DNA from: Candidatus Cloacimonadales bacterium
GTDB taxonomy: Bacteria > Cloacimonadota > Cloacimonadia > Cloacimonadales > JAFGVF01
Length of the DNA: 64,000 nucleotides
Direction: 5' to 3'
Assembly (NCBI GenBank): GCA_963678315.1
Contig: OY782781.1
Location: forward strand, 1,710,071-1,774,070
Part shown: positions 27,764 through 38,240 of the stretch, piece after piece
Layout: the number at the start of each line of letters is the position of its first letter
Position numbering within the stretch: the first letter of the stretch is position 1
Program-made: the position numbers and the translations under genes
The notes under the pieces: generated by a model
The model's database searches: none
What the model saw: only the letters and a program-made list of their open reading frames with translations
What the model was told of the DNA's origin: nothing

Positions 27764-30017
27764 AAAGAAAAAACTATTTAACTTAGTTGTTTTATATTTT
27801 AGTATCTTATGTCTATTATCAATTTCTATTGGTTTTGTTGTATATAAAGCTTTCTTAAAATTCTCTGACAATTTACCATCTCCTGATGATATTGTTAATT
27901 ATGAAATTGCAATACCATCAAAGGTGTTTGACTGTAGAGGGAATTTGATTCATACTTTCGCTAAAGAGAAAAGAGTCTTGGTTAGTTATAATGAAATTCC
28001 TCAATCATTCAAAGATGCAATTAAGGCTACTGAAGATAGAAACTTCGAGACTCACTTTGGTATTGACTTATTAGGAACTGTAAGAGCTGCCTTAACCAAT
28101 CTAAAAGCAGGTGATACTACTCAAGGAGCAAGCACGCTTACTCAGCAACTTGCAAGGAATCTATTTCTGAGTCATGAGCGTTCTTTTTCTCGTAAGATTA
28201 AAGAAGCTATGGTTACTTTCTTAATTGAAGATAAGTTCTCTAAAGAAGAAATTATGGAGATTTACTTCAACAAGATTTATCTTGGTGATGGTATTTATGG
28301 AATTGGGAGAGCTTCTGAGTATTACTTTGGTAAGGACTTCAAAGATGTTTCCATTGCTGAAGCCGCCACTTTAGTTGGTATGTTACAGAGACCTAATTTC
28401 TTTGACCCTAGAAACAGGAAGGAAAGAACAAAACAAAGACGTGATTTAGTATTAAATAGAATGTATGTTACTGGAAAACTAGACAAGGAGTCTTTTAAGA
28501 AGGAATTAAATAGAGACTTAGTTTGCGTTGATCCAGAAAATACTGATTTGAACTCTTACTACTTATATCATATAGGTAATGAGCTGGGCAATAAATATGG
28601 TTGGAAGACTCTATATGAAGATGGTTTATCTATTTACTTATCTCTTGATTGGGACTTAACACTTCATGCTGATACTTTATTGAATGAACAGCTTACCAAG
28701 ATAGAAGATGAAATGGAGTATTCAATACGATATGATGAACTGCCAACTGATACTACTGATATTGCTACTAGATATTTACAAGGTGGTATATTAGTTATGG
28801 ATGCCCATACAGGTCATGTAAAAACAATGATTGGTGGTAGAAACTTCAAACATAGTAAACTAAACCGAATTATGCAATCTCGAAGACAAGTCGGATCTTC
28901 TATCAAGCCTGTATTATATACTGCTGCTTTAGAGAATGGTTACACTGCATCAACTGTTATAAGAGATGATACATTGAAGATTAAAATGTTCGGTTATGAT
29001 GATATTCCAAAAATAGAAGATCTTCCGGATTCTCTTCTCGCTGATACGACATTGGTTGATTCTTTAAGAAAGCTAGAAAAGAAGTATCTATATTCTCCTA
29101 AGAACTATTCTAAACGGGCTGGTGGTTATATTACTTTAAGAAGAGCTCTTAGAAATTCGTATAATGTCTATGCTGTTAAAACAATGTATGACATAGGTAA
29201 AGCAACAGTCTCAAAAAAATCTGAACTCTTTGGAATAAAAGTGCCACCATACTATTCATCAGCACTGGGAACTCCAGAATTAAAACCTATCGACATAATA
29301 ACAGCATATACGGCATTCCCAAACCAAGGAAAGAGAGTTAAACCAATATTCATTAACAAGGTTTATGATAGATATGGTAATTTATTGGAAGAACCTACCA
29401 CCGAAAATATACAAGTATGCGAACCGGATATAGCATACATTATGAGTGATATTATGAAATCTGTAACTAGACTCGGAGGTACTGCAGGAAGATCTTTTAG
29501 TGATAAAAAGATATACCCTTGGGAATCGGCTGGTAAAACTGGTACAACGGATGACTATAAAGATGCCTGGTTTGTTGGATTCAATGGAAAGTATGTGATA
29601 GGTATTTGGACTGGTTTTGATAATTATTCAGCAGTTTCTGAAGACACATTAGGAGTTCAGTTTGATAGCTTAGGATATAAAATATCAGGCATGGGAAAAG
29701 GTATCGGCGGTGGTCATGCTTGTGCACCAATTGCAAGCAGGATTTTAAGAAGATTAATTTTAAATGATAATAATCAAGAGGAACCATTAGCTGATGATCC
29801 AAGATATTGTTTCCAAAAACCAGATAATGTTGTGGAACTAATGGTTGATAGAAAAACAGGATTTAGAACATCTAACAGTAGTAATTGGAAAAAAGAAGTT
29901 TTTTCAACAAGATTTCCTTTCCCTCAGTTTGGAAGGCCTGGTTTGAAGTACAACTTCCCTCCAAGATATAGCTATGATGATCCTAATCCATTAATTGTTA
30001 ATGAACTAAATAACTAG
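27744..30017 (+). CDS. mrcA: Class A penicillin-binding protein (PBP1A-type transglycosylase/transpeptidase)
   Basis: GT51 motifs EDRNFETHFGID and GASTLTQQLARN. Transpeptidase motifs SSIKP (SxxK) and KTGTT. N-terminal membrane anchor. Confidence 0.93.
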   Translation: MKKSLPKKKKLFNLVVLYFSILCLLSISIGFVVYKAFLKFSDNLPSPDDIVNYEIAIPSKVFDCRGNLIHTFAKEKRVLVSYNEIPQSFKDAIKATEDRNFETHFGIDLLGTVRAALTNLKAGDTTQGASTLTQQLARNLFLSHERSFSRKIKEAMVTFLIEDKFSKEEIMEIYFNKIYLGDGIYGIGRASEYYFGKDFKDVSIAEAATLVGMLQRPNFFDPRNRKERTKQRRDLVLNRMYVTGKLDKESFKKELNRDLVCVDPENTDLNSYYLYHIGNELGNKYGWKTLYEDGLSIYLSLDWDLTLHADTLLNEQLTKIEDEMEYSIRYDELPTDTTDIATRYLQGGILVMDAHTGHVKTMIGGRNFKHSKLNRIMQSRRQVGSSIKPVLYTAALENGYTASTVIRDDTLKIKMFGYDDIPKIEDLPDSLLADTTLVDSLRKLEKKYLYSPKNYSKRAGGYITLRRALRNSYNVYAVKTMYDIGKATVSKKSELFGIKVPPYYSSALGTPELKPIDIITAYTAFPNQGKRVKPIFINKVYDRYGNLLEEPTTENIQVCEPDIAYIMSDIMKSVTRLGGTAGRSFSDKKIYPWESAGKTGTTDDYKDAWFVGFNGKYVIGIWTGFDNYSAVSEDTLGVQFDSLGYKISGMGKGIGGGHACAPIASRILRRLILNDNNQEEPLADDPRYCFQKPDNVVELMVDRKTGFRTSNSSNWKKEVFSTRFPFPQFGRPGLKYNFPPRYSYDDPNPLIVNELNN

Positions 30018-30027
30018 ATAGGGTGCT

Positions 30028-31185
30028 ATGGAAAACATTATTCTGTTAGTAACATTGATTTCAGGGCTTCTATATTTTGCTCTTTCATTAACCTATTCAT
30101 GGGCATTGAATCATGTGAAAGTTAAGAAATCACCAAAGAAACGAAGAGTTTCAGTTATTATAGCTTGTAGAAATGAAGAAGAAACACTCCCCGAACTGCT
30201 AACTATATTAACTAATCAAACATATCCATCTGATTTATATGAAGTGATTATTGCTAATGATGAATCTTCTGATAAATCTGAAGAGATTCTTCAATCTTTT
30301 TCACGTAAATATAATAATATTATTTATTTCAATGTAGCAGGTCGTTCTAATGCAATTTCCCCCAAAAAGAATGCTCTAACACAAGCGATACAAAGAGCTC
30401 AAGGTGAGATACTATTGTTAACTGATGCAGATTGTTTTCCTAAATCTACTTGGATTGAATCCATGGTTCAAGCATTTAAAGATGATGTTTCAATGGTTGC
30501 TGGTTATTCTTATACAAATATTGATTGGAAGAAAGCTAGTTTTGTTCAAAAATTTGAATTCATTGACCTCTTATGTTTGTATATTGGTTTAGCAGGTGGA
30601 TTTGCTTTAGGTAGAAAATTTACTTGTATAGGGCAAAATCTTGCATATACTAAAGCTGCTTTTGAACAAGTAGGTGGTTTTAGCAAGATTAAGAATTATA
30701 TTTCTGGTGATGATTGCAATTTTATGCAGTTAGTTAGAAAAGAAAAATTGAAAATAGAATTTAATTTTGATGAAAAGAGTTTTGTGAAAACAAAGCCTAT
30801 TCAACGATGGAAGAAATTATTTAATCAACATAGCAGATGGTTTTCCAACTTAAAACTCATGTTTAAACTAAACACAGAATTCTTTATAATTTTAAGTCTT
30901 TTGTTTATCTATTATGTCGGTATTGTAACATCACTTTTTATTGATTGGAGATTCTTTGTCTTATTCTTAGCATTGAAGTTTGTTGGAGAGATGCAAATGT
31001 TCTTTTTCTCTTATCCTATTTTCAAAGTTAGTAGAAAACTAATTTATTTTTACCCTATTTGGATGGCTATACAAACTATTTTTAATATTTTGACAATATT
31101 CATTGGACAATTTAACATGTTTGTATGGCATGGTAAAAAACAGAAAGTAGTAAAAGGGAAAGCGAATGAAGTATTTGATACTTGA
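30028..31185 (+). CDS. Family 2 glycosyltransferase, membrane-bound
   Basis: VSVIIACRNEEETLPELL..., IANDESSDKS and LTDADC motifs, then C-terminal TM helices. Confidence 0.85.
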   Translation: MENIILLVTLISGLLYFALSLTYSWALNHVKVKKSPKKRRVSVIIACRNEEETLPELLTILTNQTYPSDLYEVIIANDESSDKSEEILQSFSRKYNNIIYFNVAGRSNAISPKKNALTQAIQRAQGEILLLTDADCFPKSTWIESMVQAFKDDVSMVAGYSYTNIDWKKASFVQKFEFIDLLCLYIGLAGGFALGRKFTCIGQNLAYTKAAFEQVGGFSKIKNYISGDDCNFMQLVRKEKLKIEFNFDEKSFVKTKPIQRWKKLFNQHSRWFSNLKLMFKLNTEFFIILSLLFIYYVGIVTSLFIDWRFFVLFLALKFVGEMQMFFFSYPIFKVSRKLIYFYPIWMAIQTIFNILTIFIGQFNMFVWHGKKQKVVKGKANEVFDT

Positions 31186-32239
31186 TGATTTAAAATTAGA
31201 TCAAGGTAAAGTTAGTCCTCTTCGATCTCAATTCGATTTAAGAGCAGGAATTTTAAAATTAAGACAGAAGATAGAAGGTTTATTCGGTATAGAAGATAGT
31301 TACTTGATAGTTAGCAGAAAGCTGGAAGATGTTTATACAGAAAGATTTCCTAACAAGACTATAAACACATTACCATTTGGTGATGTTTGTATTATTAATG
31401 CACGTATTAAACTCGATTCTAAAGCAATTGATATAATAGAACAACTGGAAAACAACGTTATAGCAGTTAATGAATTAAATGAACTGCTAGCAGTAAAATA
31501 TAACAATTCTAATGAATCTAAAGTTGATTCTGATGAATTTGAGGAAAGAGACTTTTCTAATTTAACGACTGTAAAGCGTGATATTAAATTATGGCAATCT
31601 GTTGATGAAATTGTTCAATGCAATTCTGAACTAATTTGCAAAGATTATAATGAATTCTTTTATGAAAAAGATAACTTTTTCGAAACTGAGCAGGGTGTTA
31701 CTGTTTTAAATCCTTATAATGTTTGGATTGGGGAAGGAGCAGTTTTGAAACATGGAGTAGTTATCGATGCTTCAGATGGTCCTGTTGTTATTGATGAAAA
31801 CTCGGTAATAGGACTAAATTCAACAATTGAAGGACCTGCCTATATTGGTAAGAATACAATCATAAAAGCTTCTACAAATATTTTTCCAGGAACATCTATT
31901 GGCCCTGAATCAATGATATCTGGTCAAATCCAAAACTCAATTCTTCAAGCTTTCTGTTTTAAACCATTTACAGGTGTTTTTAATCTATGCTATGTTGGTG
32001 AATGGACTAAAATTGAAGCAGGAGTTAATGTAGATTCTGATTTCTTTAATGATGGGGAAGTTACAATTATCAGGGATTTAACAAAATCATTCAACTTCAG
32101 TCAAAACTCAGAGAATCTTATTTGTCAATACCAAGAGATGAGACTTAATAAGATTAAGGCTATGAAGTTTGACAAAAACATTGAACTAACTAAAATTGAA
32201 TCTTGTGTATTAAAAGATTATTTAAATGAGGATAGCTAA
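31166..32239 (+). CDS. Putative sugar nucleotidyltransferase-like protein with left-handed beta-helix (GlmU-like C-terminus)
   Basis: N-terminus MKYLILDD...PLRSQFDLRAGILKLRQKIE. Hexapeptide-repeat region (VWIGEGAVLKHGVVIDASDGPVVIDENSVIGLNSTIEGPAYIGKNTIIK). Confidence 0.6.
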   Translation: MKYLILDDLKLDQGKVSPLRSQFDLRAGILKLRQKIEGLFGIEDSYLIVSRKLEDVYTERFPNKTINTLPFGDVCIINARIKLDSKAIDIIEQLENNVIAVNELNELLAVKYNNSNESKVDSDEFEERDFSNLTTVKRDIKLWQSVDEIVQCNSELICKDYNEFFYEKDNFFETEQGVTVLNPYNVWIGEGAVLKHGVVIDASDGPVVIDENSVIGLNSTIEGPAYIGKNTIIKASTNIFPGTSIGPESMISGQIQNSILQAFCFKPFTGVFNLCYVGEWTKIEAGVNVDSDFFNDGEVTIIRDLTKSFNFSQNSENLICQYQEMRLNKIKAMKFDKNIELTKIESCVLKDYLNEDS

Positions 32240-33102
32240 TGGAAAAATATATAGAAATAGAGTTTAGATCGGGTAAAATAGCTTATATTAAAGTACCCCA
32301 AGATCTTGAACTTAAACCAGACGATTGTCTGATTATTGAAGTTGAACGAGGTATTGACTTTTGTCAGGTACTCACATCAAATGTTCCTGATGAACAGATT
32401 GAAAAACTTAGATCTGAGTATAAAGAATATAAATATGTAAGAATGTCTGAAGATAATGACATAAAAGCATTAGATATTATTAAGTCAAAAGAAGAAAAAG
32501 CTTCAGAGATCTTTATTGATACTCTTTCACGTTATGACTTTGAAATGAAACTAATAAGTACAGTTTATCAATATGATGGAAATAAGTTAACTTTCAATTT
32601 CACTGCTGATGGACGTATTGACTTTAGACTATTTGTAAGAGAACTAGCAAATGTCTTTAAAACTAGAATCGAGCTACATCAAACTACTGGTAGAGATGAA
32701 GCTAAAATGCTTGGTGGATTTGGCATGTGTGGAAAAGTTTATTGCTGTAATTCCTTTATGAGGAAGTTCAACCAAGTTACTATAAAGATGGCAAAGGACC
32801 AAAACTTAGCTGGAAACCTATCTAAGATTTCCGGTCCATGTGGTAGGTTGTTATGTTGCCTTCAGTTTGAAGAAGATTATTATGAAGAAATAGCAAAAGA
32901 CTTTCCAGTTATTGGAACCAAATGCCTGTTAAATAAACAAATGTGGTATGTTTTTAAAAACGACTATTACAATAAAAAAGTATATCTATCTGCAGAAGAT
33001 CAATCTATGGAAGTTATTCCTTTAGCTGAGTTTGATAAGAAAGCTAAGATTAAGTATGTACCAAAGGACGATGAAATTGCACAAATCCCAGGACGCTATT
33101 AA
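32239..33102 (+). CDS. PSP1 domain protein (YaaT/RicT-like)
   Basis: PSP1 C-terminal region with the Cys cluster GGFGMCGKVYCCNSFM...GPCGRLLCCLQFE. Confidence 0.85.
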   Translation: MEKYIEIEFRSGKIAYIKVPQDLELKPDDCLIIEVERGIDFCQVLTSNVPDEQIEKLRSEYKEYKYVRMSEDNDIKALDIIKSKEEKASEIFIDTLSRYDFEMKLISTVYQYDGNKLTFNFTADGRIDFRLFVRELANVFKTRIELHQTTGRDEAKMLGGFGMCGKVYCCNSFMRKFNQVTIKMAKDQNLAGNLSKISGPCGRLLCCLQFEEDYYEEIAKDFPVIGTKCLLNKQMWYVFKNDYYNKKVYLSAEDQSMEVIPLAEFDKKAKIKYVPKDDEIAQIPGRY

Positions 33103-34126
33103 TATATTAGACTTAACTCCAGAAGAAGTTTATGATAAAATAAAGGAGTTAGGTGAAAGTAAATTTAGAGCTAGCCAGCTATTAGATTGGATTTATAAAA
33201 AGCACATATTTAACTATGATGAGATGCTTAACCTATCAAAAAAGCTTAGAATAAAGCTCTCTCAAGAATTGAAATTAAAGTTACCTAAAGTAGTAGAATC
33301 ATATAAATCATCAGATGGCTCAGTAAAATTCTTATTGTCATTAAGAGATAATGAGAATATTGAAATGGTACTAATGCCTAATGAAAAAACTGCTACCTTA
33401 TGTATTTCTTCTCAAGTAGGTTGTGCTAGAAAGTGCCAGTTTTGTGCTACAGCTCAATTAGGATTAACAAGAAATCTTGAGACTTCAGAAATAGTAGGAC
33501 AACTACTAGTAGTACAAAAATACCTAAAATATAGAAAGCTATCGAATGTAGTTTTCATGGGAATGGGAGAACCCCTAGATAATTTCGATAATGTTATTCA
33601 AGCATTAAGGATTATAACTCACGAACAAGGCCTTAACTTAAGCTCTAGGAAAATTACTGTTTCAACTTGTGGTATTATCCCTAATATCAATAAATTAGCT
33701 CAGTCAGACGTTAAAGTAAAATTAGCTGTTTCACTTAATGCAGCTTTAGATAAGAAAAGAGATATCTTAATGCCTGTTAATCAAATCTATTCACTTCCAG
33801 AATTGAAAAAGTGTTTGCTTGATTTTAGAAAAAAGACAGCATATAGAATAACTTTTGAGTATGTTTTAATAAAGAATTTCAATATGGGGATAGAAGATAT
33901 TATTGCTTTAAATAAGTTCTTAGGTGATCAATCATGTAAATTAAATCTTATTGCCTGGAATGAGGTTGAAGGTCTTGATTATAAATCTCCATCTGAACAA
34001 GATATAGAAGACTTCAGAGCTTCATTAGATAAATTAAAATGCCCAATAATCCTTCGTGATAGTAGAGGTAATGATATCAATGCTGCTTGTGGACAGTTAG
34101 CACTTAAAAATAAAAGAGAGGAGTAA
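33071..34126 (+). CDS. rlmN: 23S rRNA/tRNA (adenine-C2)-methyltransferase RlmN (radical SAM)
   Basis: FRASQLLDWIYKK, the radical-SAM CxxxCxxC motif (GCARKCQFCATA), GMGEPLDN and ACGQL. The start is uncertain (33032 in the track, 33071 preferred); either overlaps the PSP1 gene. Confidence 0.93.
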   Translation: MKLHKSQDAINILDLTPEEVYDKIKELGESKFRASQLLDWIYKKHIFNYDEMLNLSKKLRIKLSQELKLKLPKVVESYKSSDGSVKFLLSLRDNENIEMVLMPNEKTATLCISSQVGCARKCQFCATAQLGLTRNLETSEIVGQLLVVQKYLKYRKLSNVVFMGMGEPLDNFDNVIQALRIITHEQGLNLSSRKITVSTCGIIPNINKLAQSDVKVKLAVSLNAALDKKRDILMPVNQIYSLPELKKCLLDFRKKTAYRITFEYVLIKNFNMGIEDIIALNKFLGDQSCKLNLIAWNEVEGLDYKSPSEQDIEDFRASLDKLKCPIILRDSRGNDINAACGQLALKNKREE

Positions 34127-34128
34127 TC

Positions 34129-34911
34129 ATGACTAGTACAAAAAGTTTAGCTATACAATTATTTGACCTTGATGAGAATTTAGCTTGTAAATGTAATGGT
34201 AATCATGAGGTGTGTTTAAACTGTAGAGTTTGCAGAGCACTTCAACCGAATCAACTAGCTACAGATTTTGATAATTTAGCACAATACATTGACCATACAG
34301 CCCTGAAAGCTGAAACAACAAATAACGATATTGAAAAACTATGCAATGAAGCTGACCAACTGGCAACTAAATCAGTATGTGTTAACCCTTTGTATGTTAA
34401 GAAAGCAAGTTCTTTATTAAAGAAAGCACTAACATGTACAGTTGTAGGTTTTCCTTTATCTAATTCATTAAGCTCCACTATTGTTGATGAAACCTTAAGA
34501 GCTATTAAAGATGGTGCTACTGAAATTGATATGGTCCTTAAAGTAGGATGGCTTAAAGATAAAAGATATGATGATATTGTAAAAGAGATTAGTCTTGTAT
34601 CTCAAGCATGTGAGCAAAATGGAGCTATTCTAAAGGTTATTTTCGAAAACTGTTTACTTACAAAAGAAGAAATTGCAATTGCAAGCTTATTAAGTAAGAA
34701 AGCTGGAGCTGAGTTTGTTAAAACTTCAACTGGTTTTAATAAGAGTGGGGCAGATGTCGAAGATGTAGCAATTATGCGTGGAGTTGTAGGTCCTCATTAC
34801 GGAGTAAAAGCAGCTGGTGGCATTAGAGATAAAGAAACTGCAATTTCTATGCTAAAAGCTGGCGCTAATAGAATTGGAGCTAGTGCTACAATTAAAATTG
34901 TAAAGGGATAA
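34129..34911 (+). CDS. deoC: Deoxyribose-phosphate aldolase with a roughly 50-aa Cys-rich N-terminal extension
   Basis: Core IDHTALKAETT, VCVNP, VVGFPLS, EIDMV, KVIFE, FVKTSTGF (Schiff-base Lys) and VKAAGGIR. Strong RBS GAGGAG at ATG 34129. There is no alternative in-frame start before the core. Confidence 0.9.
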   Translation: MTSTKSLAIQLFDLDENLACKCNGNHEVCLNCRVCRALQPNQLATDFDNLAQYIDHTALKAETTNNDIEKLCNEADQLATKSVCVNPLYVKKASSLLKKALTCTVVGFPLSNSLSSTIVDETLRAIKDGATEIDMVLKVGWLKDKRYDDIVKEISLVSQACEQNGAILKVIFENCLLTKEEIAIASLLSKKAGAEFVKTSTGFNKSGADVEDVAIMRGVVGPHYGVKAAGGIRDKETAISMLKAGANRIGASATIKIVKG

Positions 34912-34912
34912 G

Positions 34913-36277
34913 ATGAAAGTACGTATTGCCGGATATAATATAGATAAATCTTTAATGAGTGGATTAGATAAGCATCAGGCAACTCCTGAAGTAATTTCGG
35001 CTGCCTATGCTAGAATAAGCAGAAGCTCAAAAGATGTTACTTCCTTAAGGAAACAAGCCCTAAATGAAGTTGAGAAAGCTAGGACATCTAATGAAAGTAT
35101 AATCTTTGGTATGGGGCATGGCTCTATAGCTGAGCATGCTGTATTTAACATTGATTTATTAGGAGTAACTAGATTTATTACCGAATTCATTCAAAAATCT
35201 AGACTTGCCTCCTTTACAGAAAAATCTCAACGCTATGTTACTTTAAAAAGTGATTATCTTATTCCTAGTGATTTACCAAAGATTCTAAAGCAGGAATATA
35301 TCGAGTTAATGACCTACCTTTTTAATACTTACCATGAATTCTACGAAGTTGCCAAGCAAGCACTTATAGATTCTGATTTTAAAGGTCCCAAAAGAGATTT
35401 GGAAGGTAAAGCTAAAGAAGATGCAAGATACATCTTACCGCTTTCTACATTATCTCAAATGGGAATGACAATCAATGCAAGAAGTCTGGAAAGATTGCTA
35501 AAAAGACTAGATAAAACTCATTTAGAAGAAGCAAAGACATTGAAAGAAGAATTGTATAAACTAGTTAGTGAGATTTCTCCTTCGGTAGTAAAATATGTTG
35601 ATGCTGAAGCTTATGATTTCAATGTAATCACAAAACCAATTTTTTCTGAATTTGATAATGATTTTGTTTGGAAACTAATATCTCATTCTACAAGTCCAGA
35701 TATCAATATCTTAGCTTATCTGATTTTTGAACAAACTGGAGAGTCTGTTGACTCTATCAAGCAATACCTTGAAACATTGAATTCAGATGAACTTAAACAG
35801 ATGTTCAATAATATCTTTGATAACATGAAAGCATATCATCTTCCTATAAAAGCTTTTGAAGCTTCTGAGTTCGAATTCCAATTGGATATGTCATCATCAT
35901 GCTTTGCTCAATTAAAAAGACATAGAATGGCTACTATTATCAAATCTGATTATAATCCTGAACATGGCTATGTTATCCCACCTCAAATTACTGAGTTAGG
36001 ACTTGAAGGTAAATTCAATGAAGCCTGTTCAAGAGTAAGTTCTTTCTTTAAGAAGCTTGATGCTAATATTGCTCCTTATGTTCTAACCAATTCACACAAA
36101 GTACGTGTTTTATTTAAAGCTAATTTACGTGAATTATATCATTTTAGTAGATTAAGAAGTGATAAACATGCTCAATGGGAAATACAGAACATTTCAGATT
36201 TTATCATTTCCGAAATTAAGAAAGTAGCTCCTTTATCTGCTTCACTAATGATGGGTAAACACCAATTCAATAAATAG
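34913..36277 (+). CDS. thyX: FAD-dependent thymidylate synthase, duplicated (two-ThyX-domain) form
   Basis: 454 aa. N-half has HGSIAEH and a degenerate KSRLASFTEKSQRY. C-half has RHRMATIIKSDY and HFSRLRSDKHAQWEI. Confidence 0.85.
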   Translation: MKVRIAGYNIDKSLMSGLDKHQATPEVISAAYARISRSSKDVTSLRKQALNEVEKARTSNESIIFGMGHGSIAEHAVFNIDLLGVTRFITEFIQKSRLASFTEKSQRYVTLKSDYLIPSDLPKILKQEYIELMTYLFNTYHEFYEVAKQALIDSDFKGPKRDLEGKAKEDARYILPLSTLSQMGMTINARSLERLLKRLDKTHLEEAKTLKEELYKLVSEISPSVVKYVDAEAYDFNVITKPIFSEFDNDFVWKLISHSTSPDINILAYLIFEQTGESVDSIKQYLETLNSDELKQMFNNIFDNMKAYHLPIKAFEASEFEFQLDMSSSCFAQLKRHRMATIIKSDYNPEHGYVIPPQITELGLEGKFNEACSRVSSFFKKLDANIAPYVLTNSHKVRVLFKANLRELYHFSRLRSDKHAQWEIQNISDFIISEIKKVAPLSASLMMGKHQFNK

Positions 36278-36297
36278 AATTATAATAAATTATATTT

Positions 36298-36330
36298 AGA
36301 GCTCTTGTTTTTTTGCAAGAGCTTTATTAT
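36298..36330 (+). terminator. Rho-independent terminator after thyX
   Basis: AGCTCTTG (36300-36307), T-rich loop, CAAGAGCT (36316-36323), followed by TTATTATT. Confidence 0.7.
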
Positions 36331-36369
36331 TAGGCTTAATATTCTGGAAATCCCATATTTCGTTTAAAT

Positions 36370-36580
36370 CCAGATGATGCATTAGTCTTGGAGAAAATAG
36401 TGCATATCCCGTCTGAGCCGGGCACGGTCTTTCAGCAAAATAAGTTGCAGAATCGAAGCTTGAATAATATATATTCCTGTTGAGGTTATGGAACTTATTC
36501 TAGCCATGAGTCTTCTCTAAAGCTTTGCCTTCACAGGAATAATATAGTACTATTTTTCAAGTTCTAGTGTATTATTTGGG
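36370..36580. mobile_element. Second, expanded copy (211 bp) of the MITE-like element (repeat cluster R4)
   Basis: Collinear with 7018-7178 (ccagatgatgcattag...cagaatcgaagcttgaataatatatattc...ctagtgtattatttggg). It carries two extra inserts (atcccgtctgagccgggcacggtc and gccatgagtcttctctaaagctttgccttcacagg) that resemble cluster words. It ends 1 nt before the stop codon of the minus-strand gene at 36582. Confidence 0.8.
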
Positions 36581-36581
36581 T

Positions 36582-38240
36582 TTAATGTTTAATAATAAAT
36601 TTTGTTGATGAAATTTCTCTATGTTTTCCAATTTTGATGTTAGCAATGTAGATTCCCGATGCTATATTAGCTATTTCGAAAGAACCTGTTTTACTTTTGA
36701 TAGAAGATTTACTAATTACTTTTCCATATACTTTTTGACCTTTGAGATTATAGACGGTCAAAATACTATTTTCGACATTCTTGGGTAAGTCACCTACTAG
36801 TTCAAACTTGATATTGTTAGCTTTAGTAGGGTTTGGGTAAATATTTAGTTTTATTTTATTAGCAGGTATTGGCTCTACATCATTGTCTGCGTTAGGAACT
36901 GTTGTATCGCTTAATTGGTCAGAACCTGCAAAAATATAGACCTTACCAGGTGTGTTGTTTCCTCCGTTATCTTCAAATGGAGCTGAGATAGCAATATCAT
37001 CAAAACCATCATTATTATAATCTCCAACTGCCATCCTATAACCAAAATGAGCAAATATCTCTAAAGCTTCCAGCTTTATATCACACATACCATTGGCTTG
37101 CTCTCTACCTAGCCAGATGCCTGCTACTCCATCATCTAGAGCGTATTCTGGATTTGCTCCCACAAAATCAGAGTAACCATCACCGTTAAAATCCCCATGT
37201 TTGATATATCTACCTAGATAAGCTCCTGTAGTAATATGCATATCAGTATAGGGGTTTTCCCTAACTATTGGGATACCTCTAGCTTGATCCAAAGTCTCCC
37301 CCATAAACATGAGACCATAAGTTCCATTGTTATGATTATCCTCTCTTGGATAAATAAAATCTTGATAACCATCTCCATTTACATCACCTACTCCTAAAGA
37401 ACCTGTAAACCAGTATTGCGATGTTGGGGTTGCTGTATATTGGCAGATATAATCATACTGAGAAAAGCTCATATCAGCATCGCCCCAATAGACAAATGTG
37501 TGAGTATAAGTAAGGCGAGAATTTTCACCAGGAACTATATAACCGATAGAAATATCATCATAACCATCATTGTTCAGGTCACCTAATGGCTCAATTGTTC
37601 CTAATCCTATATAATCATTTTCTGGAATAATTGGAATGATACTAAAATCTCCTCCAACTAAAACAGAGATACCGTAAAGATCATCATTCCTATGAATAAG
37701 CAAGCCGTTATCGTCATAACCATCTCCATTTAAATCACCTAAACAAGATGTTATTTTATCTGGGTCCTCATAAATCCCATTATAACCACATGGATAAGAT
37801 AGTTGATAGTCAGATTGGTAGTCTGGTTCAGGACCTCCGTAGTAGAAGCGTAAAAGATAATTTGTGCAGGCTGGGATATGTTCTGGGCTTAAACCAAGAG
37901 CAGCAAAGTCATCAAAACCATCTCCATTGATATCTCCACAGGCATGAAGAGAATTACCTATAGAAGGGGATCCAAAGATTTGATAATCTGGAACAGAGGA
38001 AAAACCATCTCCTCCATAATGAATATCAATACATCCGTTGTAAGTTTCTTGATCTCCAAAATGAGAAATCATTAAATCGTCGATACCGTCTGCATTAAAG
38101 TCTAGTGAAATAATATCACGACCATATTTAGATTCCACCCAAGGTCCTTCAAAAGTGTACATGAGCTCTATTTCGTTTTCAGAGTAGAGTAGTCTAAATG
38201 ATATAAAAATCAGTAAAATTGTTAGAATAATTTTCTGCAT
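36582..38240 (-). CDS. FG-GAP/VCBS-repeat secreted protein with T9SS C-terminal domain
   Basis: Signal peptide present. Repeated D(I/L/F)NGDGxDD calcium-binding FG-GAP motifs (about 8 copies). Tail IYPNPTKANNIKFEL...LTVYNLKGQKVYG...SGIYIANIK. Confidence 0.9.
   Translation of the reverse strand: MQKIILTILLIFISFRLLYSENEIELMYTFEGPWVESKYGRDIISLDFNADGIDDLMISHFGDQETYNGCIDIHYGGDGFSSVPDYQIFGSPSIGNSLHACGDINGDGFDDFAALGLSPEHIPACTNYLLRFYYGGPEPDYQSDYQLSYPCGYNGIYEDPDKITSCLGDLNGDGYDDNGLLIHRNDDLYGISVLVGGDFSIIPIIPENDYIGLGTIEPLGDLNNDGYDDISIGYIVPGENSRLTYTHTFVYWGDADMSFSQYDYICQYTATPTSQYWFTGSLGVGDVNGDGYQDFIYPREDNHNNGTYGLMFMGETLDQARGIPIVRENPYTDMHITTGAYLGRYIKHGDFNGDGYSDFVGANPEYALDDGVAGIWLGREQANGMCDIKLEALEIFAHFGYRMAVGDYNNDGFDDIAISAPFEDNGGNNTPGKVYIFAGSDQLSDTTVPNADNDVEPIPANKIKLNIYPNPTKANNIKFELVGDLPKNVENSILTVYNLKGQKVYGKVISKSSIKSKTGSFEIANIASGIYIANIKIGKHREISSTKFIIKH

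Noticed and set aside
33032-33070. Longer RlmN N-terminus starting at 33032
   Set aside because: It would overlap the PSP1 gene by 71 nt and adds residues not typical of RlmN. The start at 33071 is preferred but unproven.
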